Shown here piece after piece: positions 1 through 11,657 of a stretch of DNA of 64,000 nucleotides. A model generated the notes under the pieces. It made no database searches, was not told where the DNA came from, and saw only the letters and a program-made list of their open reading frames with translations. Numbering within the stretch: the stretch's first letter is position 1; every line of letters starts with the position of its first letter. Source of the DNA: Albugo candida (lineage: Eukaryota); assembly GCA_040437565.1 (NCBI GenBank), contig JBDOQK010000041.1, positions 186,001 to 250,000 of the forward strand, in the 5' to 3' direction. A program made the translations under genes and the position numbers.

Positions 1-2
1 CG

Positions 3-1027
3 ATCGCCAAAATTCGCAAACAGTTTGGATGGACAAAAACAGAAGAATCTCCTGGAAGTTTTGACGTGTGCAATAGCCCTTTAAGTGAAGAAGGAGTGCT
101 AGCTTTCGAGTATGGCTACTCTTTGCAATGTCCGTCTGATTTGACTATTTGGGAGGCACAATTTGGAGATTTCGCGAACGGAGCACAAACGATTATCGAT
201 ACATTCATTACTTCAGGTGAACAGAAATGGCAGCGTCCCTCGAGTATCGTGTTGTGTCTACCACACGGCTACGAAGGACAAGGACCAGATCATAGCTCTG
301 CACGCATGGAGCGATTTTTACAGATGCATAACGAGGACCCGGATCACTTTGTCACGGATGTGGAGGACGCTGATAAAAAAGCCAATTTCCACGTGCTACT
401 TCCAACTACACCAGCACAATATTTCCACGCACTTCGTTTGCAAGTCATGAAAGAATCCCCGAAGCCACTTGTGTTATTTACTCCAAAATCGCTTCTGCAT
501 CATCGTCCATGCTCATCCGACATGAATGATTTCGGAATCGGCTCTTCCTACGTCCGTGTCATGCCTCCACATCCACAAGATCAGCTCAAAGTGACGGACG
601 ATGCCCATGTAAGCTCGCGATTTTGTGAATTGGAAAATTTTACTCATTCCAATATGCCTTTCAGGTCACGAAACTGATTTTCTGTAGTGGGAAAGTCTAT
701 TTCCCATTGTTGCATGCTTCTCGCAGTCGATCCATTCAACATATCGCCACCGCGCGAATTGAGCAGTTGGCTCCATTTCCATTCCAAGCTATTGCGAATT
801 GCATAACCAAGTATCCAAATGCCCAGCTCGTTTGGCTGCAAGAGGAGCCAAAAAATATGGGGGCCTACACGTTCGCGGAGCCGCGATTACGAACTGTTCT
901 GAGGCATGTTGGTGATATCCGTTCCGTGACATATGTTGGCCGACCTTCGTCCGCATCGCCAGCAACAGGACAGTATGAAGTTCATTTGCAAGAAATGCGA
1001 GCTATTATAGACCAGGCGCTAACATAG
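3..1027 (+). CDS. 2-oxoglutarate dehydrogenase E1 component (OGDH/SucA family), 3' part; 5' end lies upstream of the window; intron 609-664
   Basis: Motifs [72 protein letters not shown]. Splicing GT609..AG664 joins the two ORFs in frame to give [17 protein letters not shown] versus DHTKD1 paralog not resolved. Confidence 0.93.
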
Positions 1028-1299
1028 CAGAAAGCACGCAATGGCACATGATAACCCAATCCTGTGGTATAAATGAAGACATGTTCTCATCCAAGTATTC
1101 TGCGAGATTGGCTTCCCAGTAAGGAAGAGTGTTGTGAAGGTTGGTAGTGCAAATAGCAATTTAGAACCGTAACAAAACACTTACAACAGCTAATCGAATC
1201 TTGACAGCACTGCCAAACGTGGCACCTTTCGTACAATCCGAATAAGCCAGGCAAGAATGAATTGATATTGCTTGGTTGGACTGGATTATTCTATTCGCC

Positions 1300-2790
1300 A
1301 ACATCATCTGCTTATCGAATTACATTCTTTCATCGAATTTTCAAGGAATCTGTCGATGCATTCTTTCTTTTCCAATCCTATTTGAAAGCCTTCGACGATA
1401 TTTTCACTATCTGAGAATCAAACATCGTAAGGCGTTTATGCGCAGCCTTGAGCTCCATTTCCTCCGTTCCTCCACGTGCTTCATTTCCAAAATAACACCA
1501 GTTATTCAATTCCTATCCTTTGCCTGTTGCTAATGTCCAGCTGAACCCTGAGCTCCATAATTCTCATAACTTAACGTTTCGGAACTCAGTTGTTCCTGTT
1601 GAAAACGTTTCTTCCGCTGATCGTTGACTCCCAAAATCTTCATCTCGTGACGAGCACACTCTGATTGTGCCAGTCGAAGTGACTTCACTTCGAGCTTTTC
1701 CGTTATGGGCCACAATCTTTGCTAGCCGCTGTGAGAGCTTCCAAGTCGGTGGAACGGTTCTTTCCCTTAAAGCTGCTCTCCCAGTTTCTTGATAGCCTCC
1801 ATACGGTCTTTAGCGTTCTCCACTTATTCATCATTGCCTTATGCTTAATATTTTCGACGCTCTCGCCGAGTCGTCGGGTCGATGTGGTACGTGAATTGTC
1901 ATCTGATGATTCTTGCGATATACGCGTCAACTTGGTGGCCAGTAAGGCACAAAACGCGTTTTTTTTTCTCCCTCGCCATCTCAGATCCAGCTAAATTCAC
2001 TAATTGCAGTTAATCCGTATTCACAACTTTTTTATGGGGTCGTGGTGATAGCCAGGGGGCTATATCAACACTTGTGATTCTCGGTTTTGTGAGAAAAATC
2101 TAAGAAGCTAGTAAAAAGAATATAAACCTAGGCTTTAGGATTTTTAATACCAGAATTGGATTCAGCCAAATTCACCAGGTTCAGCTTCCTTGCCTTCTCA
2201 ATTTGTAGGTGAGCGAGGTGATTACATCAAACAGTAGTGGTCCTTAGCGCTGTGTGCAAAATCATCTAGAAATTAGCAATACAGAATTATACCTAGGCTT
2301 TAGCATTGATCATCACCATTTCGGATCGACCCAAATTTACAAGGTTTAGTCTCCTTCTATTAACAACTCGGATTTGTAGGTGTCATTTTACCAACCAGGT
2401 GATTTATCAAACGTTATCGATCCTGTTGAATTGCCTTTTCGAGTTACCAAAAGCTATGCTCGTTTGACAGCAAAAAGAACCGAATAATATTGGGCCTTCG
2501 CGTTCGTGGGCCACGATTTCTAGCTGTAGTAATGCACCTCGGTGACACTCGTATTGTGACATATGGTGGACGCCTTTATCCGCATTGCCGACAACAGGAC
2601 AGGGTGGAATGTATTTGCACTTTTCTATGCATCTGCGTGTACACAACGAACCAAATTAGCCTAACAGCCTCAACAATCGACTTCTCTTTCTTTCAAAAAC
2701 TATGATTCTAGTCTACTGTACGTAAGAACGAGCTGGCTTGCCCGTAATAGTGTTAACGTGGCAACCTGTCAAACAACAATTCTTCTGGTG
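1300..2790 (-). pseudogene. Kinesin pseudogene copy A (diverged motor, neck and repeat tail; switch I/II segment triplicated)
   Basis: Minus-strand translation across frameshifts: YGQASS (P-loop-like, 2729-2746); LNLVNLGRSE (2320-2349), KLNLVNLAES (2158-2187) and LQLVNLAGSE (1980-2009); VPY..TKLTRISQESSDDNSRTT; STRRLGESVENIKHKAMMN; then QSECARHEMKI..NDQ..KRFQQEQL, matching the tail repeat at 15.7-17.0 kb. The part upstream of about 2400 is less certain. Confidence 0.72.
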
Positions 2791-3049
2791 ATGACATGAT
2801 GGTTGCGTCATCACCCCCAGATAATTTTGAGTGATAGCGGTGATGTGAATGTTCACAGCACTGCCTCGTCACAGGAAGTGGTACCATTTCCAAATATTTG
2901 GATATAAAAGTAAAATTTAGACCTTGACCAAACATTTTGAAGTCCCAAGAGCCCTTGCGTAAGGCAACGAAGGCACGGTAACAAACGCAACATCTGGAGA
3001 CTCCCCTGCGTCTGTATGCAACTATCGCATAGAGTGATAGGCCTTGATA

Positions 3050-3640
3050 GCCAAGCCGGAAGCAGCGACACCTTTTGAGATCTTGAAGGCTAGTTTTCCA
3101 TGGACTTGGGACGCTAATTTTTGACCCGTACTTCTAGTTGGAAAATATTTCCCTCACTTCTGCAGGAGCGGGAAATTCAGTACTTGAAAGATCACCAAAG
3201 AATCGATCGATTGCTTAGGTCTTAAGAGTCCGGTGTTGTGATTGTCTACTGATAGTTGCGACGGAGAATGCATATCAACGGCTGGTGTATCAGAATGGAA
3301 CCATCCTGGAGGCACAAAAACCAAGCATACGTTTCATTGTATCGAAAAACTTCCCGACGTTTTTGTCGTGCCCGTTGAAATAAAGGAGATACATCTACTG
3401 TCCCCTTAGCGGCCTAAGATGTCAAGTGGAATACGGCTAAAGAAGCTATTCTGGGCAAGAAAGCCGTGATGTCAAAGTGAAGATTTTGCGTTGGCAATCT
3501 AAAGTTCTTCCTGCAGCTGTTAGGGATGAGAAAAGTATACGAGCGAATGCCATACGGGAAGGCAACGTATTGAATAACATAATACTTTCTGACTGTGTAT
3601 GGAGGCTAAAGTGGCACCCACATGATCAAAATTATAAAAG
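3050..3640 (-). pseudogene. Possible additional, heavily eroded kinesin motor relic
   Basis: Colinear degenerate motifs across frames (YNFDHV ... TAAGRT ... FLPRI ... RYNET ... GKLAF.DL) in roughly kinesin-like order and spacing. Each motif alone is weak. Confidence 0.28.
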
Positions 3641-4372
3641 AGAAGCAGTGGTAGAGCCAATAGTATTTCAAGTTTTGATACAGCTTCAGAATATAGTGGT
3701 GAGTAGAGTTGAGCGAAAGGACTAAAATAAAATTGGAGTTCACCTTCTCACTGAATATCAATCACCAGAATCCCCAACGTGAACTTCTAAAGATCTTCCA
3801 CTCGTTCAGGAAGCCAACATTACACGACGGAGATGAAACCACGCAACTGCTTCGATCTTGAAGAAAGGGTAACCACACGAAGATTTCTGAACATGTGGTT
3901 TGAAGGCACAATATTGAGATTTTCTTGTTCGTGTCATCGGTGATGAGTTCTCTGTGATTCGGCTATGGAGGAGAAGCATCGGCCAATCTGGCACATCACC
4001 TTTCTTGGAAAAAGTCTGAGAAAAACGGATGCCGACGAAACCGGCTACATCAAAGAAGCAAACCGCTTCTATCGTTCGTGATACACAATTGGTCGAAAGA
4101 TCCAAGCGGTCAACAATAGTTTGTGAATTCAATTATCTTAGGATACTCTACTTAATTCCCCAAGTATACACGCTTACGCGGGATTGTACCAGCTCAAACC
4201 TTGCACATCGCCTCAATATGGACGGGGTTGCTGTTGAAACCCATGCTATCAAGTAGTAAAATTTTGGATAGCGGTCAAATCTACTTCCAATCAAAGAAGT
4301 ATCTAGCGCTTGTATCTGTTGGAAGTCGATCGTTTTGTGCCGCCGTTTTGGCTTCCCGAAAGTCCTACGTGA

Positions 4373-4930
4373 TGTAGAGATTAGCGCCGGACGTTATTGA
4401 GTTCGGGAATCTTTTACACTGGGGATAGCGAGAGGAGTGGTCTTTACGAAAATATTAAAAACAAATCGAATCATCTCTTGAGTGCGAAGTGCCTACCTGC
4501 TTACATGTTATGAGCCCAATGCCTGGAACGACGGACAAGAAGCCAACGTTGGCAACATCAGGTAACGCAAGGGTCTCGCCAGCGCGTGGCACCTCCCCAG
4601 CACGCGCCGCCGTAGTCTTTAGTTCGCGAAAGGAGCTCGGCAATCGATGACAAGATCCTCGCGGCCCTCACCTCTCTGTCCAAACGGTGAACAAAAAATG
4701 AGATGATGCTGGGCGCCTTCGAGATCGGAATGTTCGCATTGGCTCTAGGTGCGAACATGTGCTCCAAACCGATAAACATTGACGAGCTTATGGACTGTCC
4801 TGAGCAGAAGCCAGCTGCATGGACACCGCGCACACATGAGGCAGACCTCAAAGAGTCGATGTTTGCCTCATTGGCCCCGCCGCGCGGGCAAACGCCGATG
4901 TTCCAGCGCGTACAAGCTCGAGCTCCGACT
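4373..4930 (+). mobile_element. Ty1/copia LTR-retrotransposon 5' remnant (candidate short LTR, PBS and gag N-terminus)
   Basis: TGTA(4373)...TACA(4505) is followed directly by tGTTATGaGCCCA, resembling the copia-type PBS GGTTATGGGCCCA. The downstream GC-rich broken ORF (KILAALTSLSKR..MLGAFEIGMFALALGANM) resembles oomycete copia gag N-termini (from recall, not searched). Confidence 0.42.
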
Positions 4931-4989
4931 ACCGAGCGCAGCAGAATCGCAAGGAATGGTACTCACCAACGAAGAGGCTCGTGGAACTA

Positions 4990-6146
4990 CTGCCTATGGT
5001 AGTTATCCCGTTGCAGGCTCTGAGTGATTTCGATGTTCACTGGCACCTTCATCAACTCCCTTCAGTACGACCTCCGCTTGCAGGCCACCCAGATGATGCT
5101 TTGCCAGTATTTTTCGAAACATTACGCGAAAATTTCAGCAACCTACCTCGACACCAGAAAGAGGCAGTCTTGGACGATCTGGAAGAGATATCACAGGTAT
5201 TTCTGGGCGATTGTTTTTTTTCGTTTGATATTTTAATGGGTACTAACGCTGTTNNNNNNNNNNNNNNNNNNNNNNNNNNNNNNNNNNNNNNNNNNNNNNN
5301 NNNNNNNNNNNNNNNNNNNNNNNNNNNNNNNNNNNNNNNNNNNNNNNNNNNNNATATCACAGGTATTTCTGGGCGATTGTTTTTTTTCGTTTGATATTTT
5401 AATGGGTACTAACGCTGTTTAAATAAGCAAACACCACAAGTCCTCGAAGATCCGGGGGTTGCTCGAACAGGAGGAAGACCAAGCGGAACGAGCAACAAAA
5501 CCTCGACGCGACGAGACCCTTCTCAATTTGAATACGTGGAGGGGATGCCCCCAGGAAGAGGAAGGCGCCGACGTGCGGTGCTTGTCATCAAATGGGACAA
5601 CGACGTTCATTTGCAGCGTGCCCCGTCAATACACAGAGCCGAAGTCAATATCTCGCAACAGTTGAACGTCATCCCATCGAAGATTCTCAACTGCAACAGC
5701 CTGTTGGTTTCGGTTCCGGGTGGACCGTTGTTTAAAACCGCTGTCGGTGGCCCACTCGCCCACTCTCAGATCAGGTTTAGCATGGCTGGTTGTGAGAGCA
5801 AACGGCCAATAAGAAAAAAGGCTATATATAATCGCTTCTACTGCTATCCTCTTTCCTCCAGAGTCTAATACAGCCACCTTTCCAACATCCTACTCCTTAG
5901 CGTATCTACTATTAACCTACCATATATAGATATCAGAAAAAAACGTACGTACGTTGGCACAATATAAAAAAACAGCGTAAGAAACAGAATGAGCTTGTGT
6001 GTAAAAGTATACAAGTGACCTGATTGGCTGACATACTTAGCAACAATTCAATTTTGTGAGCTGTGATTGGTTAAATCAATTGTCTGTGGCTGTAGTAGTT
6101 TTATCTGTGGCCGTAGTACTAATGTCTGTGGCCATAGCGGCTCCCC
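4990..6146 (+). mobile_element. MULE (Mutator-like) transposase 3' fragment with probable right terminus
   Basis: LSDFDVHWHL, then intron GT5197..AG5427 (spans the gap overlap; CTAAC branch site), then GRPSG..STRRDPSQFEYVE..RR(C)GACHQMG zinc knuckle, homologous to the MULE C-terminus at 36552-36746. Three 21-nt-period TCTGTGGCYRTAG repeats (6083, 6104, 6125) end in CCCC at 6146. Confidence 0.62.
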
Positions 6147-6299
6147 AATCATAATTATCCACAATCGAAAATAATTCCGCTCAAAGTAATCCCTCGGTGA
6201 AATACTGAAAAGAGGTAGAGAAAATAATCTTCTTTAAATCGAGTAGCGCCAGCTTCAGCTGCTCAACAACTGTAACAGAGAAGTGATCATTATTTTATA

Positions 6300-7550
6300 C
6301 ACATTCGAAAGACTTAACTGGTCTCAAAAGGAAGCGTTTGATGGGCAAAGTCTGGGATACTCAGTAAGGAAATCAGACTTATGGGTTTCTGCGTTATACA
6401 TCGAATTACGCTTGTTGCATAAGACGATGTGATGTATCGAATCAAAATTTTTACAGCGGTGTACTGCTGAAGAGCGTATATACATCCGGTATCAGAATGA
6501 AACAAGAGTGATTTTTGACGGCAAAATTGACCTTCAAGTAGTATCAGCAGCGGTAGTGTCTTATTGTATTGCGATAAAGGTGGTGCTAGCATCTTGGGCA
6601 TTGAATAATATGTTGAAGCTTTCCAGTATTTGTACTAATTCTACCACTCACACTGCTTTTGTTATTCTCATCTCAAAAAAGTGAGGAGATAGCCAGAATG
6701 TTTTGCTGCTCTATCTGCAAATGGTCCTCCAAAAATATCGAAATAGAGCTAAGCGGAGAAGAGAAACGATGCTATAGCATTTCGCTGTCGCCGCAGGGGA
6801 CCCGAACATACTCGAAGTTTGATTCTCTTCGCTAAACGAGGCACAGCGATCCAGATGTTTTTTTATTTGGAGCAGAAATCCTAGATCCATGTTGAGCAAT
6901 GTATTCGTGTTATTTTAAGGATATCCGGATGATGGTGAGGTTCCTTGTGAAGCATATTCTCAATTAACTAAGATTTAAAGTCGGAACTCGCATATACGAA
7001 GGATAAGACGTGTTCAGCACTAGTGGATATGGCATCGATTGATTTTTATACAACTACGTCGAAATCTTTGATTAAGCCTCGTTCAGAAATTATAGTGGAC
7101 ATCAGTTCTCAATTCCTTGTCAATCATGAGTAATATACGTGAAGAAACAAACTTGAAAGCTCTAAAGCTCTTTTTTTTGATTGGCTCCTATTTATGGTGA
7201 TGGTGTCTTATGATTTGGATTTTGATGTAATTAAGCAGAACGAGCAACAAAAAAGTCTCAATTTCTCGATATCAAATGAGAAGATCCTTCAAATATATGT
7301 ATAACTAGTGTGGATCGTTCGGACGGTGTGGAACACTGATGGTACGTGCTAAATATCTTATATAATGCTCAGTCGCATCCAGACTGGGATACAATTTGTT
7401 ACTGCCTCTACTCTTGAATTATTTGTCTTATGGTCAACTTGAGTGTAAGAACGTGAATCTAGCTTCTCAAAATACACCTGTTTGGATCGATAAACAAATA
7501 TTTATCCTAGTGTCAAGCGAAACATTCCAACCACAAAGATAGGAGAAAGT
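6300..7550 (-). pseudogene. Decayed Cys-module (CxxC) protein remnant, possibly CCG-effector family
   Basis: Scattered minus-strand fragments ECFA(*), CSFCLITSK, FRRSCIKN, AKCYS, GCIYALQQ among stops and frameshifts. No intact ORF. Confidence 0.25.
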
Positions 7551-7668
7551 CCAGTCTCTCTTGGCAGATATATACACTCTTCTACAGACGATATGGGTTA
7601 TAACTTGGTAATCTATTCTTTCGTTCATAATTTCCCGAAATTCTATGTTCGTGAGTTGCTATTGTTCG

Positions 7669-7785
7669 TAGGACTGCAAATGGAGTTAGATCCACTGGAT
7701 CTGGATCTGAAAAAAAGATCCAGATCAATTCAGCAAATGGACCCAAGTCTCAGATCCAGATCCACTGGATCCATTTGCACCTTCA
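7669..7785. mobile_element. Short hAT-like MITE (117 bp) with GGATCT/AGATCC internal repeats
   Basis: Left TAGGACTGCAAATGGA..GATCCACTGGATCTGGATCTGA is inverted relative to right TCAGATCCAGATCCACTGGATCCATTTGCA. TAGG-initiated TIR. No clean 8-bp TSD. Confidence 0.6.
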
Positions 7786-7899
7786 TTTATTTCAAAAGGT
7801 CAGGAGCAACGAATGTCCAAAATTTTGATTGGATAATACAGCCGCATCTAATACAATAAATATAGCCAATGAAAGAACGCCCCGTGGTGAGTAGACTTT

Positions 7900-10600
7900 T
7901 CCCCAGAGAAACGAAGGTTTATGCGACGTATTCGCTTTCACATTCCTAGCGACTTGACTACATTGAATGGAAGACATATACAACAAATTTCGAAACGGCA
8001 ATTTCTCTAACTGGTCTGCTTCAGTTGACAAAAAGTAACGTCGAAAGTTGTCGTGCCTGTCTGCTTGAGAAACTTGGTGTGGATAGAATCGTGCTGGTAG
8101 AGGTTATAGCAGATACGGTGTTATCTGATTGATGCCTGAACTGAAGTTCGGAAGTACAGATCGTATACAGCGCATGTATCGCAGAACTCCGTACTTGTAT
8201 ATTGCATTTCCCGATACAAATGGAAAGTGCTCTGCAGGAATCATACTACGACGCGGTGAATGAAGACAAAAGCATTATTGCAATTTCACGTAAACAAATA
8301 TGAAATCTTGCTTATCGATGAAATCGGATCAGGTTATTCGTATAAAAACAAATGCAGAAGAAAAAGTATGGTCACGTTACAAGGAATAAGATTAATTTTT
8401 CAGAATTTTTGTCTGATTGATAATTATGGATGGAAAAGTATATCAAAGAGTAGGTAACAAAAAAAGAATCCACCCCTTCCCAGTAAAGTCATGCGCAATG
8501 CTGTCAATAACAAACAGCTTCCTTCAGTGAAAAAGTGCTTGTCACTTTAGAGCTTATCCTATGGAGTTCGTGCATACCCTTTGAGAAGCATGGCATCAGG
8601 AACTCGCACATTATTTGCGTTTCCAGCATTTTACAACAGCAGCACCATACAGAACAACTGCAATGAAGCATTTATAGTGAGATCGAATCGATCTGCACAG
8701 CTGGTTGTGAGAATCTAAATCACATGTCTCCGAACGACAAAAGATATCACGCGATGCTGCACATTGCACAAGACCGACGGCAGCATATATAATTACATAG
8801 CAAGTTCCATGAATCAAATTCATTCAGATATTCGAAGCATGATTTTCATCGGAACATGATATCAAGCTGAGGTATATCATATCGAACCAGGAAGCCAAAA
8901 GTGAATCGAAAGACAACATTCAAACTAATAGGACTTCTTTGCATAAAAGTCGTGGACTTTGAATTTGGAAGAATTCCTAGAACAAGAACAGCGGGCATGT
9001 GCATATCTGACACTATTTCATCCATCGCAGTTTATTTCTGCATTGCATAGCCAATGCGGTGGCTAAAAAGAAGGCGGATTTGCTCATCGCTACTATTTCT
9101 ATGACAGATATGATAATCTTCTTTCACTCCAACCTTTTAGATACGAATTTTTGGAAGAGTGCCAAAACAACAAACAGTTTAGGAAGCAAATTTGCCGTAT
9201 TGACGACCGATTACTCTGCGATAATAACCACACCAAATACAAGACCAATCCGAGATGTACCCAGAATTATCAAAGTTAAAGGATGTGGTTACCCATAAAG
9301 CTGACATTCTTTGTGATGTTGACCCCGACCTAGCCTTCACCGGGTAAAAAGCATTTCAGACACAAACTGCGGGAGTCGTACTTAGTCAACCAATAATGGA
9401 TGGAAACGCAGGCTTTTCTTGTAAAACTACATCCTTACCCTACGATAATTCTGGATACATGTTCGGATTGGTCTTGTATGTGGTGAATAATAGGGCGAAT
9501 TTGCTTCCTAACCCATTGGGTGTTTTTGCATTCTTCCAAGAAATCGTATGATAATATTTTCTCCTTTAGAACAATTTCAAATTTTACCTATAGGTATTAA
9601 AACACTTTCAAAATTTTTTTTACAAGGTTGGAGCCGAAGAAGGTTATCATCTCTGTCCCATAAATTTCTAGTCGACGCAAACAAAAGAATCAAAGTTTTC
9701 TTATCACGTACTTAAACATGGTCGAGGCAAGGAGCACTGCCGAACTGTTGGCCTGCTTCCCAAGATGATCTCTTTAGAGCACGAACAATACTCGATAAAA
9801 TTCAGGACTAGACGAAAAGAAAATGGTTCACGTTTGACAGAGGGAAGATTGGTCTATGGTCTCCTGCACGAGCGGCGCTATATACCCGTGTTAACTTTGA
9901 TGATCGGGTGGTTTTGTTGGTCGCGTTTAAAACTACCAATACAGAAGGTTTCGTGGATTGCATGATGCTTCGCACGGAAGTTTTTTACCTGCACCCTTCT
10001 AAAAAAGTAGTTTTGGATATTTATGGATGACACAAGTTCACGTTAGATTCGTTGATATCTGCATGACAATTAAATCTTGCAGAAATCTATGGTCTCTCGA
10101 GAAGGGGAAGAAGCTTGGTACTCTTGAAGGTTTGCGATTCTGAACTGATGCTAATACTAAGCCATTATTTCACAAATGCAAATTGGATACGCTAATGAAC
10201 AGAATGAAAGTATGATGTTTTTCCTTCATCTCTTATCGTGAATTAAATGGCGGCAAGACTGAGTTTCATTATTACTTCGTGCTCACGAAATTCTCTATAA
10301 ACGGAATGGGTATTTATAAAAACTGCACTACATGAATTCCGCTTTCAATTCCTGCTCTTGTCCTTTTTATCAAAACTTGGGCCAGAAGTGAAATGCTCTG
10401 ATGGTTACTTTATGTCCTTCGATAAAAAGCTAGGCTCCTCTTCTACAATACTTGGTTAGTGACGTGAATTAGCCCATATCATTGTCGCACCTGCCAGGTA
10501 CAGAGAATCCGTATCAAGAAATCGTAAGACTCGTAGAGTAAGCAAAGATATTTTTTGTCCATCCGAGGTCCAAGCACGATGGTCGATTTTTTTACGAGAG
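7900..10600 (+). pseudogene. CCG (CxxCxxxxxG) effector-family pseudogene
   Basis: SCRACLLEKLGVDRIVLV at 8046-8099 fits the Albugo CCG/CHxC consensus CxxCLx4G..L and lies downstream of a frameshifted hydrophobic stretch (LCDVFAFTFLAT). Later plus-strand Cys modules: LHCIANAV (about 9040), VDCMMLR (about 9955), DICMTIKSC, HCRTCQVQR (about 10480). Many stops; the 3' extent is approximate. Confidence 0.55.
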
Positions 10601-10699
10601 TAACAAGGTACCCAGCACCAAGCGAAGCTGTAGGAATGACAATAGACTTGATTTCAATTAGCAATCACTGAATGGATTTTACCGCGGATCTCTGCCCTC

Positions 10700-11470
10700 A
10701 CAAATTGACCCTCTCTTGTTTTACCATAAGCATTAACTGCTCCAGTTTACGTTCCTTGCACGACAAAAAACCTGGATAAAAAAGCTCGCCAGATATTTCT
10801 GGCTTATTTACTTTTCCAAAATAGGTAAACGCCATATTGCGAATACGCAAATTGATCATGTTTACATATAGAACTGAAAGATTAAAATATTTCACATTAA
10901 ACACACAAGCATTGTCAAAAATATGTAGCATAAATATCGGAAGAAAAGGTACGCTTATGTAAAGGTAACGTTGCTTTAAATCACAAATTGCTTGTTGAAA
11001 GGACTTGATATTTCGTTGTATGTTTCTAAACGGACTCGTTTTGAAATAAGTTCTTACACAAAAAGAAAAATGACGTTTTTTCGCTCACCTGCTAACAGAT
11101 CATGATTACAGACAACATTCCATCAGCCAAGGTCAAAAACGAATTCAACGGAAAAGATGACCGAATGATGGATCTAACGATTATAGTTCTGGAGACACTC
11201 GAAACCCAGCTCTAGAAAAAGACCGAAATCGAGAAGAGCCTGAAATTGACCACAACTGCACAAAACGCAAAAGCCTGAAATAGTATTTTTGTTCAAGCAT
11301 GCAAGAGCAGTGTTTGGCAACGTCTTCTCTGTATGCGAGACCGATGCAGTATGAAGGAAGCTGGATGAGAAGAATCTTCTTACATGTCATGCAAAACGAT
11401 ACTCTAGACAGCATAAAATGAAAGCAGAGTCGTGAAAAGAAGGAATATATCACTTTCCACTCCTCATTCT
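10700..11470 (-). pseudogene. Decayed secreted Cys-containing protein, possibly CCG-like
   Basis: ATG near 11468, a signal-peptide-like IFLLFTTLLSFYAV reached by frameshift, then KHCSCMLEQKYYFRLL. Interrupted by stops. Confidence 0.27.
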
Positions 11471-11542
11471 ACTTAATTAATAAAATACTTGGGACTTGGA
11501 GCGCCGTTTGCGCAATGGGGTTGAGATATCAATTGTCGCATG

Positions 11543-11575
11543 AGCATCAAGCATCAAGCATCAAGCATCAAGCAT
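11543..11575. repeat. Heptanucleotide tandem repeat (AGCATCA)x4.7
   Basis: agcatcaagcatcaagcatcaagcatcaagcat read directly. Confidence 0.9.
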
Positions 11576-11657
11576 GCAGCTGGATTAGGATTGATAAGGT
11601 GAAGGTCGACCACTTAACAGGACATCTCAGCGGGAAAGAATTCACATATAGCGTTGT

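Noticed and set aside
2853-3071. CDSC/CLRC motifs as a CCG effector
   Set aside because: Gly spacing does not fit CxxCxxxxxG, there is no signal peptide, and the surroundings are better explained as eroded kinesin-like sequence.
8611-8823. Small secreted Cys-rich protein on the minus strand
   Set aside because: Only 70 aa and antisense to the plus-strand CCG relic; the signal-like N-terminus may be chance. Not fully excluded.
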